Source of the DNA: Marsupella aquatica
Lineage: Eukaryota; Plantae; Marchantiophyta
Direction of reading: 5' to 3'
NCBI GenBank assembly: GCA_973895155.1
Contig: OZ316892.1
Span: 167,646 to 231,645, forward strand
Length of the DNA stretch: 64,000 nucleotides
The notes beneath the pieces were generated by a model. It saw only the letters and a list, made by a program, of their open reading frames with translations. It was not told the DNA's origin and did not search any database. Numbering within the stretch: position 1 is the stretch's first letter; every line of letters starts with the position of its first letter. The position numbers were made by a program, and so were the translations under genes. This document shows positions 11,976 to 22,939 of the stretch, piece by piece.

Positions 11976-14029
11976 GTAAGTTTGGTCATTTTCTTTGATT
12001 TGGACAAATTTTCAATTGTGAGATTTTGGTTAGCGTCTGGTGCTAATGAATTATGGTTGTATACAGATTGGGGCAAGCCGTTGTAGAACTGTCGTGGATC
12101 TTCGATGCTAACTGAATTAGTTGGATTCTGTCTCATGACCTTGATTATTACAAGACAATAATTGACGCCGAAAACTTCAAACGCTTTGAGGCAATTTGCG
12201 CGAAGACAAGGAAAGGCTCTTGGTATACAAAGAAGATGCCTTTGGAGGCCCTTGTGTACATCTTGTGCGAGAACAAGATCAAGTCATACTCTGTGCAATT
12301 GCGCGAAGACAAGGAAAGGCTCTTGGTATACAAACTGGACATGGCGACTGCAAACACTCAAGGGAGGCCGTGGTCAAAGGAGGAGGTCACCAAGCGTCAT
12401 GCGGCAATGATGGAGGCCACAAAAGAATGGAGCATGAAGACCTCAAATATCACTCCACTCCTTAGCCCCGAATTCAAAGATTTTTTGTCAACATGTGCGG
12501 AAATGTACACGCTGACAGAAAAAAACAAGCAAGAATGGAAAGTAGACGCTGTGGTTTGCACGATGGATCGTGCTTGTCTCTTTACTGTCGTCTCAGCTTT
12601 GGACCCAAAGTTGCGTTCCACTCTTCTTGTGGCGCATTGCACGCCCAAACTTTGCAAGCAATTTTTCCATCCGCCGAGTGTGAACAATGAACCTGTTAAA
12701 AAATGGTGTCACACTTGGCACATGTGGAGTTGGATCGAAGGAATTTCAATGGGGATGTTGTAGACTGCTCTCAGACAAGTTCAATCTGTCATGCCTCCGG
12801 AACGACTTGTCACAAGAGGTGTAGAAACTTTTGATGCTTTAGTGCAGACGATTTGCAATGATTTCAAAAGTTATGGAGATACAGTCAAGGTGAAGTTTTT
12901 TAACACAATGTGGGCGTCAAAGTACGGGGAGAAAGAAGATTTTTCTTCCCAAAACCAGAAGCGGGCAAAGAGATACCTTTATCGGTTCTTTGTGTCCATG
13001 GAGAGCAATTCTCCTGAATATTTGTGGGCTTATCCTCCTGCGCTCCAGAGGTGGTCGGTCATGGATGGGGATGATTTCAGTGAGGTTTACTAGATGTATC
13101 CTGTAGAAGGAGCCAATCCTCCACGTGACATTTCCGTTTGGGAGCGAACAAACTGTCCCTGGTACCTCGATACTGATAAGTGGGATACACCTTTTGATGA
13201 ATCTGAGAAAGACGCCTTTTTGAAATTGTCCAAATCTTTAGTTCCTCGGAAATGGTTGTCTGAGATGAAGGAAGGATTGGTGGGAGACGTTGAAGCTTCT
13301 GCAATGGAGCTTCAAAAAATATGTGAGACTGAAGTCTTACATGTTGACAGGAGCCGAAAACCTCGCGCAAAAGTAAAAGTTGATACAGGATTGAATAGCC
13401 CGTCCACGAGATCCGGAAGAAAACGTAAGTTATATGACTTTTTGCAGTTCTTCTTGATCTTTTCCTCTGAAATTCACTTATTTGTTTACATTGATTTTGG
13501 TTAGCGCCAAGCGCTACTTTTAACTATTAAATGTATACTCATAAACAAGAATTTAGAAAGTAAATGTTTGGCTAGCGTCGGGCGCTGTTATAGTTTTCCC
13601 AGTGTTCTTACCTGTTCGATTCTCTGCAGGGGATAGGAAATCAGAGGGAGAAGAAACTCAAGATGCAAAGACGACCATTACCCCTGATCAATCTGAAGCA
13701 AACACTGAGGCTCTTGATGCTACCCAAGAGCAGACTCCTCCTGCAAATACCAACGTTGATCGTCCGATTGATGCCACAAGCACCAAAAAAAACAAGAAGA
13801 AAAATCTTGATCTTGGTTCTTCTTCAAGAGATTTGCATGCATGTACAGGCGTCCAACGAGAAGTTGGTCAATTCAAGTCTAAAGTTTGCCGTCATATATT
13901 TGTTGAGTCCAGCCTAATGGACTTTTTTGAATCTATTTTTACAAAAGAGACTAAACCCACTCAGGTGGGTGACAAATGTCGAGAAGTGGGGAAAAGACTT
14001 AGTGACACTTGGTCTCCGGGAGAAAAGGG

Positions 14030-14946
14030 TAGTTAGGGGAGGCAAGTTGAGATCTTTTGTGGTGGATGCGGGTTTCGTCTACCTACCGACAGGTCTACAC
14101 CTTCTTTGCTTCACCGAAAATTGCCAAAGTGGAATGTACTGGATCACTGAAGGGTTGGCTCTTTCTTTCGGGCAATGGACCCATTTCTTGCCGACGATGG
14201 GTTGTTGCACACTAGGGAGTATGACCAGATCTCCCAAGTAATTTTGGCTAGCCAAGATTCCCAGAAGTTCCAATGCCTCAAAACACTCAACGTTGTTATG
14301 GGTGCCCCAATGTACATGGCCAAAAGCGATTGTTAGGTAATTGTCCTTTTGAATCAAGAGAATCATTTGCTAGCACTTGGCGCTATTAATAGATCTCCTT
14401 TCATGTTTGATGTTCACATGTAAATGTCCTCGTGTACCCAGGGTCTTTTGGGTAGCGCCAAGCGCTATTAATATATGTGACCAAATCTCATATTGAATAC
14501 TGTTTATTTTCCAGGTTTTCACCTTAAGACTTGATATCTTTAGTCGAGTTACATCGAAGGTTAGGGTCCCCAAAGATTCAAAGTTCAAGCCTTTGTCTTC
14601 AACCGAGGACCCTTCAATCACAAACCTCATTGGACTGTAGACTCTGAAGAAGGATCCTATTCCAGAAGCTGCATTTGCGGGGAATGCACAACTACCAGTC
14701 GGCTTCATGCAGTCTATCCTGGAGTTAATTTCTCGTCCGGGAGATATTATTATGGACTGGACGGTTGGGTTAGGAAGTACATTTGTGGCTGGGGATTTTT
14801 GTGGCCGTTTCATCCTTGGGATTGAGAATCGCAAGGAATTTGTTTCTATTGCTGAGAGGACATACACTGACTTGCTCCTCCCAAAAGAATCGAGTGAGGC
14901 TGGTCCGAGCAAAGACATGGAGAAAAAAGTGAAAGATAAAGTTTGA
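14030..14946 (+). pseudogene. N6_N4 (beta-class) DNA methyltransferase-like domain exons
   Basis: AQLPVGFMQSILELISRPGDIIMDWTVGLGSTFVAGDFCGRFILGIENRKEFVSIA follows the C-terminal pattern of bacterial beta-class MTases (QKP..L..LI...S.PGD.VLDPF.GSGST..AA...GR..IGIE). Upstream VDAGFVYLPTG lies where the VDLIxxDPPY motif is expected, and FLADDGLL follows in another frame. Confidence 0.7.
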
Positions 14947-15476
14947 TCTGTTCTGAATTTTGATTCCGAAGAAGAAGAAGATGATGTAGCTGATGAAGAG
15001 GCCGGGATTGATGTCCAGAAAGGAGAGAAAAAGGATTGGGGGAATTTAGAAGGAGAAACTGAAGATTTAGATTCTTTTGAGTAATGCCTGTAAGCTCCTT
15101 TACATTACTTAACTTTCCATTTTCTTTTTATCTTGTATACTTGAATTACTGGAATCTCTCAAAGTGTACTTAGTGTTTCAACTGACTCACAGGTCAGAGT
15201 GGAATCTTCACGAGAGGTTCGATCTGCAAAGGAAATTTTTGAGCAAAGTCCTAATTACCCCTGAGAAACCATTTGTATTGCCTTCATACGCAGAGTATGC
15301 CGCTCGCAAAGAAGAGAGTAGAAGAACCCTGACCTGGGAGAATAAGGGCTTACGATTGAGACGTGGTTTGGATAGAAAGTTCATCCGTCATCCATTTGTC
15401 GATGATATGGCATGAAATGAATTTATCGATGATGAAGCAGAGAGTACGGATAGATCAGAGAGTATTGAGTCGGAAT

Positions 15477-15537
15477 CTAGAGATTAGATTAGATTAGATT
15501 AGATTAGATTGGATTAGGTTAGTTTAAATTAGATTAG
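15477..15537 (+). repeat. (TTAGA)n microsatellite
   Basis: agattagattagattagattagattagatt followed by degenerate units. Confidence 0.85.
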
Positions 15538-15669
15538 TTATATATTCATGATTTTAAAACAAATTATCTCCTCCAAAATAGTAGCATTGGGTGCTACTTA
15601 TTGTACGCATCAATTTTATATAAATACAAAGTGGGAAAGGTATTAGCTTCCGCACATCTTTTTCTGATG

Positions 15670-16358
15670 TCAAGTGTAGTGTAATGTTTTCCAAAATGCA
15701 AGTACATGTACTGATGTACGATGAAAATCCTTAATGACCTTGACTACCATACGTACTTGTTTCCCTAGGTTGAATTCCTTTGCAATGGTAGGCATTTCGA
15801 CACCCTCTTCTATTTCACACCCTCTCCGTTTGACATCGCCAATGTTGAGGATTTCCAGGAGCTCTTTCGCGTTTAGCGCCGCATAGACATTGATCCAGTG
15901 ACCATGGAGAAAGGAAAGCAAGTCTTGTGTGAGAGAACTTCCAGCCTCACAAAGTTGGAAGGCAAAGCTCCAATTGATTCTCTGGCCTTAGAGGTCCCCA
16001 TCGATGAGACTCCTCGCCCTGTCACCTCAACTGAGAGGAATTGACTATGGCTGGCCTTGGACGAGGGATAAGCCTTCGAGCAAAACCAGATTCATGCCCT
16101 GATTTGTCTCCTCCCCGGTCTTTCAGAGAACGGTTCTCTATTCATGATCCGGATCCTTCCGATGTCTAAAGGGTTGGACGGACGGCATTTTTCAGGGGCA
16201 TTCAACAATGGACCGGGCGAGTCGGATTTTCTGACTCCAACATTCCAAATTTCAGGCTGAGGAGTCGCCTTCCAGGACCGCATTTTTTTGCTGAGCGGGA
16301 GGATGGATTTTGCCAAGACAAGGATTGCTTCAATGCGGGAGTTGATGATGAGTGTCAT
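15670..16358 (-). pseudogene. Unidentified degenerate gene convergent with the ParB-MTase gene
   Basis: ORF fragments 16092-16358 and 15670-15921 have protein-like composition and lie between palindrome copies 8 and 9. Confidence 0.35.
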
Positions 16359-17398
16359 TCATCGACGTCCTGAGATTGTTGGAAAGATGGAGTCTTCTTA
16401 AAGACTTTTGCGATAGTAGCGCCCGACGCTACCGCCATCAAAGATTGAAGGTGTTAGGTTGTAGTGTCGGTTCTCCATGTTTTCTTGAGAGCTTACTACA
16501 TCCCAGTTCCTTAGCCTTTTTTTTAGCTTGCGGTATCTCTTAAGATTTTAGAGCTTGAAGGCAGAATAGGTATCGTCGTTGGGCTTTGTGTTTTTGCTAC
16601 CATGTAACACACATTTTGTGACACACATTTAAAGTAGCGCCAGGCGCTACTAATATACTCGGCATTTTTATACACACTTTTTATTGATGGATGTCACAAA
16701 CATTGTGTAAATTTCCTCACTTATTTTACTGTTACCATTTCCTGTTTCCTATTACTGTTTCCTGTTTCCTGTTTCCTGTCACAGCAAAAAACCTCTTACC
16801 AGAAGACTGCACCCCAATGTTGAGTGAATAAGGAAATGAGATGATTAGTCGAAAAGGATTGTTTGGCTTAGCTGTGATTTTGTGAAGTAGAACAGTAAGT
16901 CAGGATGCTGAATTTTGCGTATCTAGAAGTTTCGGAGGGGCTCTATCAAGCTAACGATGATATTTGTTAGCTATGAATTATTATATATGATAAGTTGTAA
17001 TGAGGTTTTTCACGATGGGACGGACTGAGATCATGAAAAGTTTTCAGTTGGAACTATGGATTACTCATCGTGAACTATATATAGTTATGAAGAATTCGAG
17101 GAGTATTATTGGCCAGTTGTGGTGGGAGTATTTGATGAATGGAATAGTGTGGTTAGGTGCACAGCAGCGGAAGTGGTGGGCGCGCCCCAAAACTAGTGTA
17201 AATTAGGTATCGGATGAGAGAATTGAAATTGCTTGTTAACAAAATGAAAGGAAATCTTGAAAAAGAATTAGTACACCTAGTGAAAATTTAAATTAACTGT
17301 GTGCAAGTTCCAAGTGGAATGGGCAATTGCACATATAAGAGGTGAGAAATGAAAATGGACTATTGAAAGCTCAGGATTTAATCACTTAATGATACATT

Positions 17399-17589
17399 TG
17401 TTATAACTCAAAAATACTATGAAATTATGATTCTCCTTCTTTGATCAATCGAATAAGTAGAAGATGACTCAAAATGGAGGAGTCTCTTCTATACAATATG
17501 GTTAGGGTAGTTATTCCTAAGCATACCCTTTGGATTCTCTAATCATATCCTTTAAGGTCTCCTTTAAGGATTATCCATATATTACAACA
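17399..17589 (-). repeat. 3' LTR of copia element
   Basis: TG...CA ends, direct repeat of 22670-22860, PPT adjacent at 17590-17600. Confidence 0.95.
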
Positions 17590-17868
17590 CTCCCCCTAGA
17601 TTGCTAAAATTGATAATTGTTTGCAATCTTAATGAGTAATATTGGGGGAATCCTATATTAACCTCTTTGTAGCATTTGATCATCAGGTGTAACCTCATTA
17701 AAAACCCGCTGCTTTCTTCTCGGGAAAAGAATGTTACCACTTACATGTATAGATCAAAAGTTATCAGGTTAATTGTAAGTGTATTTGTGACCTAATGTAT
17801 GGAAATCCTAATACGATAGGATGTCTAAGTGTATGTCTCGAATGGAATACTGGTTGGTTTCTTCATGT

Positions 17869-20800
17869 TTAGGGCGGATCTTTGAGTGTGGAAAGTCGAC
17901 GTAGACCTATTCCTTCACAATGTGCGTTATGTAAGTGTCGGGGTAGCGGCTTTGTGAATATGTCGGCATGGTTTTCGTTCGAAGGGATCCAGATGACGTT
18001 TACTTGATCGCCATGTTGCTCGGCGGTGTAAAAGAATTTTGGGGCGATGTGTTTAATGCGGTCACCCTTGATGAATCCCATGCTGATTTGATTCACGCAG
18101 GGTCGATTGTCTTCGTAAATTGTTGTTGGTGCTGTTAGTGGGGGGGATCCGGCTGATGTATGAATGTGGTCAAGTAATTGGCGAAGCCAGATGCATTCGC
18201 GACAAAGCTTCGTATAGGGCAATGACTTCAGCGTGATTTGAAGAAGTTGTGGTAAGTGTCTGCTTAGTGCTCTTCCAGGAGATTGCCGTCCCTCCTTGCA
18301 GAAACACGTATCCGGGTTGAGATTTGGAATCATCAGGGTCGGATAAGTAGCCTGCATCAGTATAACCAACAAGTTCATTAGCGCTTGTATTAGAGTAGTA
18401 TAGTCCCATATCGATTGTGCCTTGTAAATACCTGAAAATTTGCTTTATGCCATTCCAATGGCGAATGGTTGGCTGAGAGCTGTGTCGAGCGAGCATACTG
18501 ACTGCGAAAGCTATATCTGGTCACGTCTGATTAGCAAGATACATGAGGGCCCCAATTGCAGAGAGGTATGGTTTCTCTGGTCCGAGCGTTACTTCTGAAT
18601 CCGTTTTCTTATGAAAGATGTCTTTTGTAGGATCAATAGAGCGAAGGTCCATCGGTGTGGTCACTGGGTAAGATTTATCCATGTTAAATTGTTTTAACAC
18701 TTTGCGAGCGTATGTAGATTGATGAATGAAGATCCCACCAGGTAAAATTTCTATTTGTATACCCAGACAGTAAGAAGGTTCACCGATATCTTTCATCTGA
18801 AATATATTCTTGAGAGATGAGATCGTATTCGAAGTAATCTTTGGAGTTCCGAATATACTGATGTCATCAACGTAAATCGCCAGGATGACAAATTCTTGTT
18901 CGATATGCTTAATAAATAAGCAAGGAGCTATTTCATTGTTAACAAACCCAAGTGCTAGCATTTCCGCTTTAAAGCGTTGGTACCATATCCGTCCGCTCTG
19001 TTTAAGGCCGTATATCGAGCGAAGGACTTGTACAGCAAGTTTACTTTGAGGTTTCTTTCTGCTGATCTGTCTGTGCACTGATATAGCATGTAGCTCTGTT
19101 TGTTTCATAGAAACAGCTTGGGTTGTTGTGCTTATATGGCCAGTTCGATCTGATTCAAGTTCTAATGCTTGATTCATCAATGTTAATTGCAAAGTTGTGG
19201 GCACTATCTGTGTAATGCCCGCTTTTAGATCGGGAGATAGTGGCAAAGTTCTCTCCCCCTGAATATCTGAATGAGTTCAGGTGGAGTCTGCATGTATATA
19301 TCTGTGTCTAAGGTGCCATAAAGATATGCTGTCACGACATCCAAGAGATGTAAAGTTAGTCTGTGAACCAAAGAGAAAGCAATTAAGTAACGATAGGTAA
19401 TGGTGTCCATGACTGGAGAATATGTTAGATCATAGTCCTGTCCCCATATCTGTGTATATCCCTTGGCAACTAAACGTGCCTTATGTCGGATGATTTCTCC
19501 TTGAGCATTCCTTTTTGTGACCAGGATAATTCTATATCCTGTTAGATGTTGAGCAGATGTTGGGTGACTAATTTGACCAAATACTTGGCGAGAAATCAAG
19601 GAATCGAGCTCTGAATTTATTGCTTTATTCCATAAGGGCCAGTCCTCGCGTTGTTGAGCTTCACAAACTGTGCGAGGATCGGCTAACTCTGAAGAGATGG
19701 TCTGTGATATCATCAGTGCAAAACAGTCATTCATTTCTGTATCCTGTCGATTCCATATATTTCCGGTGACTGCATAGTTGAGGGAGATTTCTTCATATTC
19801 ATTCTGCTGTGGTACGTTTGATGTCATGGTAAGTAGTGTGGTAGGAGGACGTTTATTGCTTGCTGGTTTGTTCTTAGAACCAGGAGGACGTCCTCTCTTT
19901 GTTTTGGGTGGTACATGATTAGCTAATTGTTCATCAATGGTTATACGTGCAGGGATGTTGGCTGCTTCAATATGTGATTTCGTCATCTGTGCAGCGTCAT
20001 TGAACACATCTGGCAGTTTTTCCATAATTTGGTGAAGGTGTAGTATCCTTTTGACCTCATCGTTTGCTAATGGTGTTCTTGGATCATTCCAGAAGGGATT
20101 TTGTGTTTGCCATTGTAGTTGAGTTGGCTTAGGCGTAACTGGGAGGTTCACTGTGCTAAGGGTAGGAAATATATCTTCTCGGAATTGACAATCATTGTAG
20201 CAAGCTCTAAAGGTGTCTGCAGTTGTTGGTTCTAGATATCTAATTATAGAAGGAGAGTCAAAACCAATGTATATACCTCTGTGTCTTTGAGGTCCCATCT
20301 TGGTCCTCTTGGGTCCCAATATGGGTACCATGACTAAGCAGCCAAAGATTTTGAGGTGTGATACGTCAGGAATGTTACCGTAAGCCAAATGATGTGGTGT
20401 ATATTTGTTGAAGGCGGATGGCCTGTATTTTAATAGAGCAGCACTGTGTAGGACAGCATGTCCCCAGGCAGTTAGCGGAAGCTGGGTATTCATTAATAAT
20501 GGGTGTGATATCATCTGGATATTTTTGATGAAGGACTCTGCCGTTCCGTTTTGGAAGTGAACATAAGCCATTGAATATTGTACTGTTATTCCAAGTGTAG
20601 TGCATAGGTCATTAAAAATGGGTGATGTGAATTCGCCTGCATTATCAATTCGAATCCTTTTGATAGGCGAATTAGGGAATTGTGTCCGTAGTCTAAATAT
20701 TTGTGTAAGAAGGCAGGCAATCACCAGATTGCGGGTAGATATCAAGGATACTTGGGACCATTTGGTTGAGGAACAAATCATGACTAGGAAAAAGCGGAAG

Positions 20801-22515
20801 GGACCACTTGGTGGTTCGATAGGTCCACATACGTCCACATTTAGTTGTTCCAGAAAAGCCGGGATTTGATTCATAGTCTTGGGTACTGACGGTCTGATTT
20901 GTAGTTTGCCTTGTGCACATGCGAGGCAGGGCGATTTCATGGAATTTGGGCGGACTGTTGGAGGAATACCTCTGGTATCCTGTAGGATGCGTTGATACAT
21001 TGAGGTGCCTGGGTGGCCCAGGCGACAATGCCACAACTCTGTGATTGTTGTGTTTAGAATATTTGTTTGGAAACTCTGTATTGGTGCAGCATATAGTCCA
21101 GGTGGGTGATAAGGTGAAGATCTGTAAGGAGTTATCTTCATTGCCTGGTGCAGATCGAATATGGTAGCCATTTTTCCTGATATCATGAAAACTTAATAGG
21201 TTTCTTGTGGCCCCTGGGGCATAAATAGCGGATTTTATTTCGATTATAGTGTTGTTAGGGAGGAGTAACTTTGCAGGGCTGTGGCCTTCTTCTAATGCAT
21301 TGATGCCTGTGATAGTGGTGATTGGGCGGCTGGAGGGAAATATCTGTTGGAAATATCGTTTGTCCTTCAATATGGTATGAGATGTGCCGCTATCCAGTAT
21401 GCACATATTATAGTCTGTGAGAGAAGGTTCAGAGTGTGTATCTATGACCAAGTTGGCCTCTGTTAATGGTGTGATATTCGTATATTTGGAAAGATCTTCA
21501 TCAATTTCCAAGTAGTTATTGACCATCGTGGTATTTGCTGTTGCTAGGCTTGCTTGGTATAATTTGACCAGATGGTTTTGTACCCGATAGTCTCTTTCAA
21601 TGTGGCCTGTGCCTCCACATCAAAAACATTTAGTAGTGGAAGTCCGGGAGGCTCGAGTCCACGAATTCTTACGAGGTTGGTATGAGGGCCTCGTATAATT
21701 ATTTTGGCGTCATTTTGTAAATTGGGTGTTTCTGAATCTTTGTAGTCGATTACCCTGGTTTCCTGGAAAACCGGCTCTTGCCCTTGTATTTGTGTTGCGC
21801 CTACGAAGGCGTAGCCATGTATTGAGACTCTGCTCTAGGGATTGTGCCTGGTGGTCTCAACTTTGTGTTGCTGATGAGTAATAAATCATTCTTTTCCGCC
21901 AGTAGCATGACTGCGATTAGATCAGCATACTCGGTGAAGTGCATTTGTCTGTATTGCTGAGATAGTGTCATGCTTGCTGCAGGGAAAGTAGACAACGTTT
22001 TCTCTATTTGATCGGATTCAGATATTGGGTGTCCGCATACCTTCAATTGAGAGGTGATGCGGAATAACGCACTATTATAACTAGCAATAGTCGGATGGTC
22101 AAGTCGGATGTATCCAATCATTGCGTGCGGATGGGAGAGAGATCAATCTTAAATGGTCATAGCGTCTGTTTAATGCGTCCCATAGAGCTCGAGGGTTATA
22201 TTCGTCCAGGTACTGAGTTTGTAGATCGGAGTCCAAATGGTGCCGGAGGATAAATATTGCTTGAGCTTTTGTCTGTAGATTGCCATGGTGATCAGCGAGA
22301 ATTGTGTCTCCAATTCCCTTAGCATTTAGCACAATTTCGGCATTCTGTGACCAAGAGAGGTAGTTAGACCCGTCAATTTTGAGGACAGGGAATTGTAATT
22401 TTTCCATGGCAGTAACTTGTGTGGAATACTTGGAAGTACTGTATGCTCTATATATTTCTTCGAGCTTTGTGGCTGTATTGCGGCGTTGTCGTTGATCCTT
22501 GCGCGTTTTAGTCAA
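17869..22515 (-). pseudogene. Copia gag-pol polyprotein (frameshifted)
   Basis: Gag NYLSW, protease ILDSGTSHTI, GAG-pre-integrase WHCRLGHPG, integrase DVCGP/RIDNAGEF, RT KARLVAKG/YGLKQSGR/YVDD, RNase H SSNHAEVIALYEA/RECIWLR; several frameshifts. Confidence 0.92.
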
Positions 22516-22669
22516 GAATTTGGCAAAAAAAATGTCAACTACTGTCTCCGCGTCTCTCTGATATTAGGGATCGTGTTGAAATCAAAATCCCCATGAAAAA
22601 AAATATACTCCCACAATCGAGAAGGGAGTTTGCATTTGCTCAGGAATGGAGGCGAAGGTGCTGATAACG

Positions 22670-22860
22670 TGTTATAACTCAAAAATACTATGAAATTATG
22701 ATCATCCTTCTTTGATCAATCGAATAAGTAGAAGATGACTCAAAATGGAGGAGTCTCTTCTATACAATATGGTTAGGGTAGTTATTCCTAAGCATACCCT
22801 TTGGATTCTCTAATCATATCCTTTAAGGTCTCCTTTAAGGATTATCCATATATTACAACA
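22670..22860 (-). repeat. 5' LTR of copia element
   Basis: TG...CA ends, followed on the minus strand by CGTTATCAGCACC (22657-22669). Confidence 0.95.
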
Positions 22861-22939
22861 ACATTGACATAACTAAAAGTGAAGTGGGAGTTCATAATGA
22901 TGGGAAAGACTTCAGGAGAAACTAGTTCAGGTGGAATGG

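Larger units (their letters stand above)
525..15084 (+). pseudogene. Multi-exon ParB/Srx-like + N4C/N6A DNA-methyltransferase-like fusion gene, interrupted by the 752-11399 insertion and by nonsense/frameshift lesions
   Basis: Removing 752-11399 and one TSD joins ORF 525-749 (...SLQNSA[Q]) in frame to TFPTQRRGV-MENLSDF (11427). GT-AG introns at 11976-12066, 13425-13629 and 14337-14514. ORFs 12236, 12791 and 13094 share one frame, separated by TAG codons. The true start is uncertain. Confidence 0.7.
74..16649. repeat. Ten dispersed copies of 15-bp palindrome TAGCGCC-N-GGCGCTA
   Basis: Copies at 74-88, 179-193, 12031-12045, 13502-13516, 13573-13587, 14371-14385, 14453-14467, 15582-15596, 16417-16431 and 16635-16649. 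Deviations are almost all C>T or G>A. Confidence 0.9.
17399..22860 (-). mobile_element. Full-length Ty1/copia LTR retrotransposon, Bianca-type (5,462 bp)
   Basis: 191-bp LTRs at 17399-17589 and 22670-22860 (two differences seen), TSD ACATT, PBS-side CGTTATCAGCAC, PPT TCTAGGGGGAG, order gag-PR-IN-RT-RH. Confidence 0.95.

Noticed and set aside
11427-14946. Bacterial contamination as the source of the ParB/MTase motifs
   Set aside because: The gene has GT-AG introns, is interrupted by a plant LTR insertion with a TSD, and shows the same C>T decay as its neighbours.
74-16649. Palindromes as a CRISPR array or as terminators
   Set aside because: Only 15 bp, irregularly spaced over kilobases, with no spacer periodicity, cas genes or U-tracts, in a eukaryotic context.
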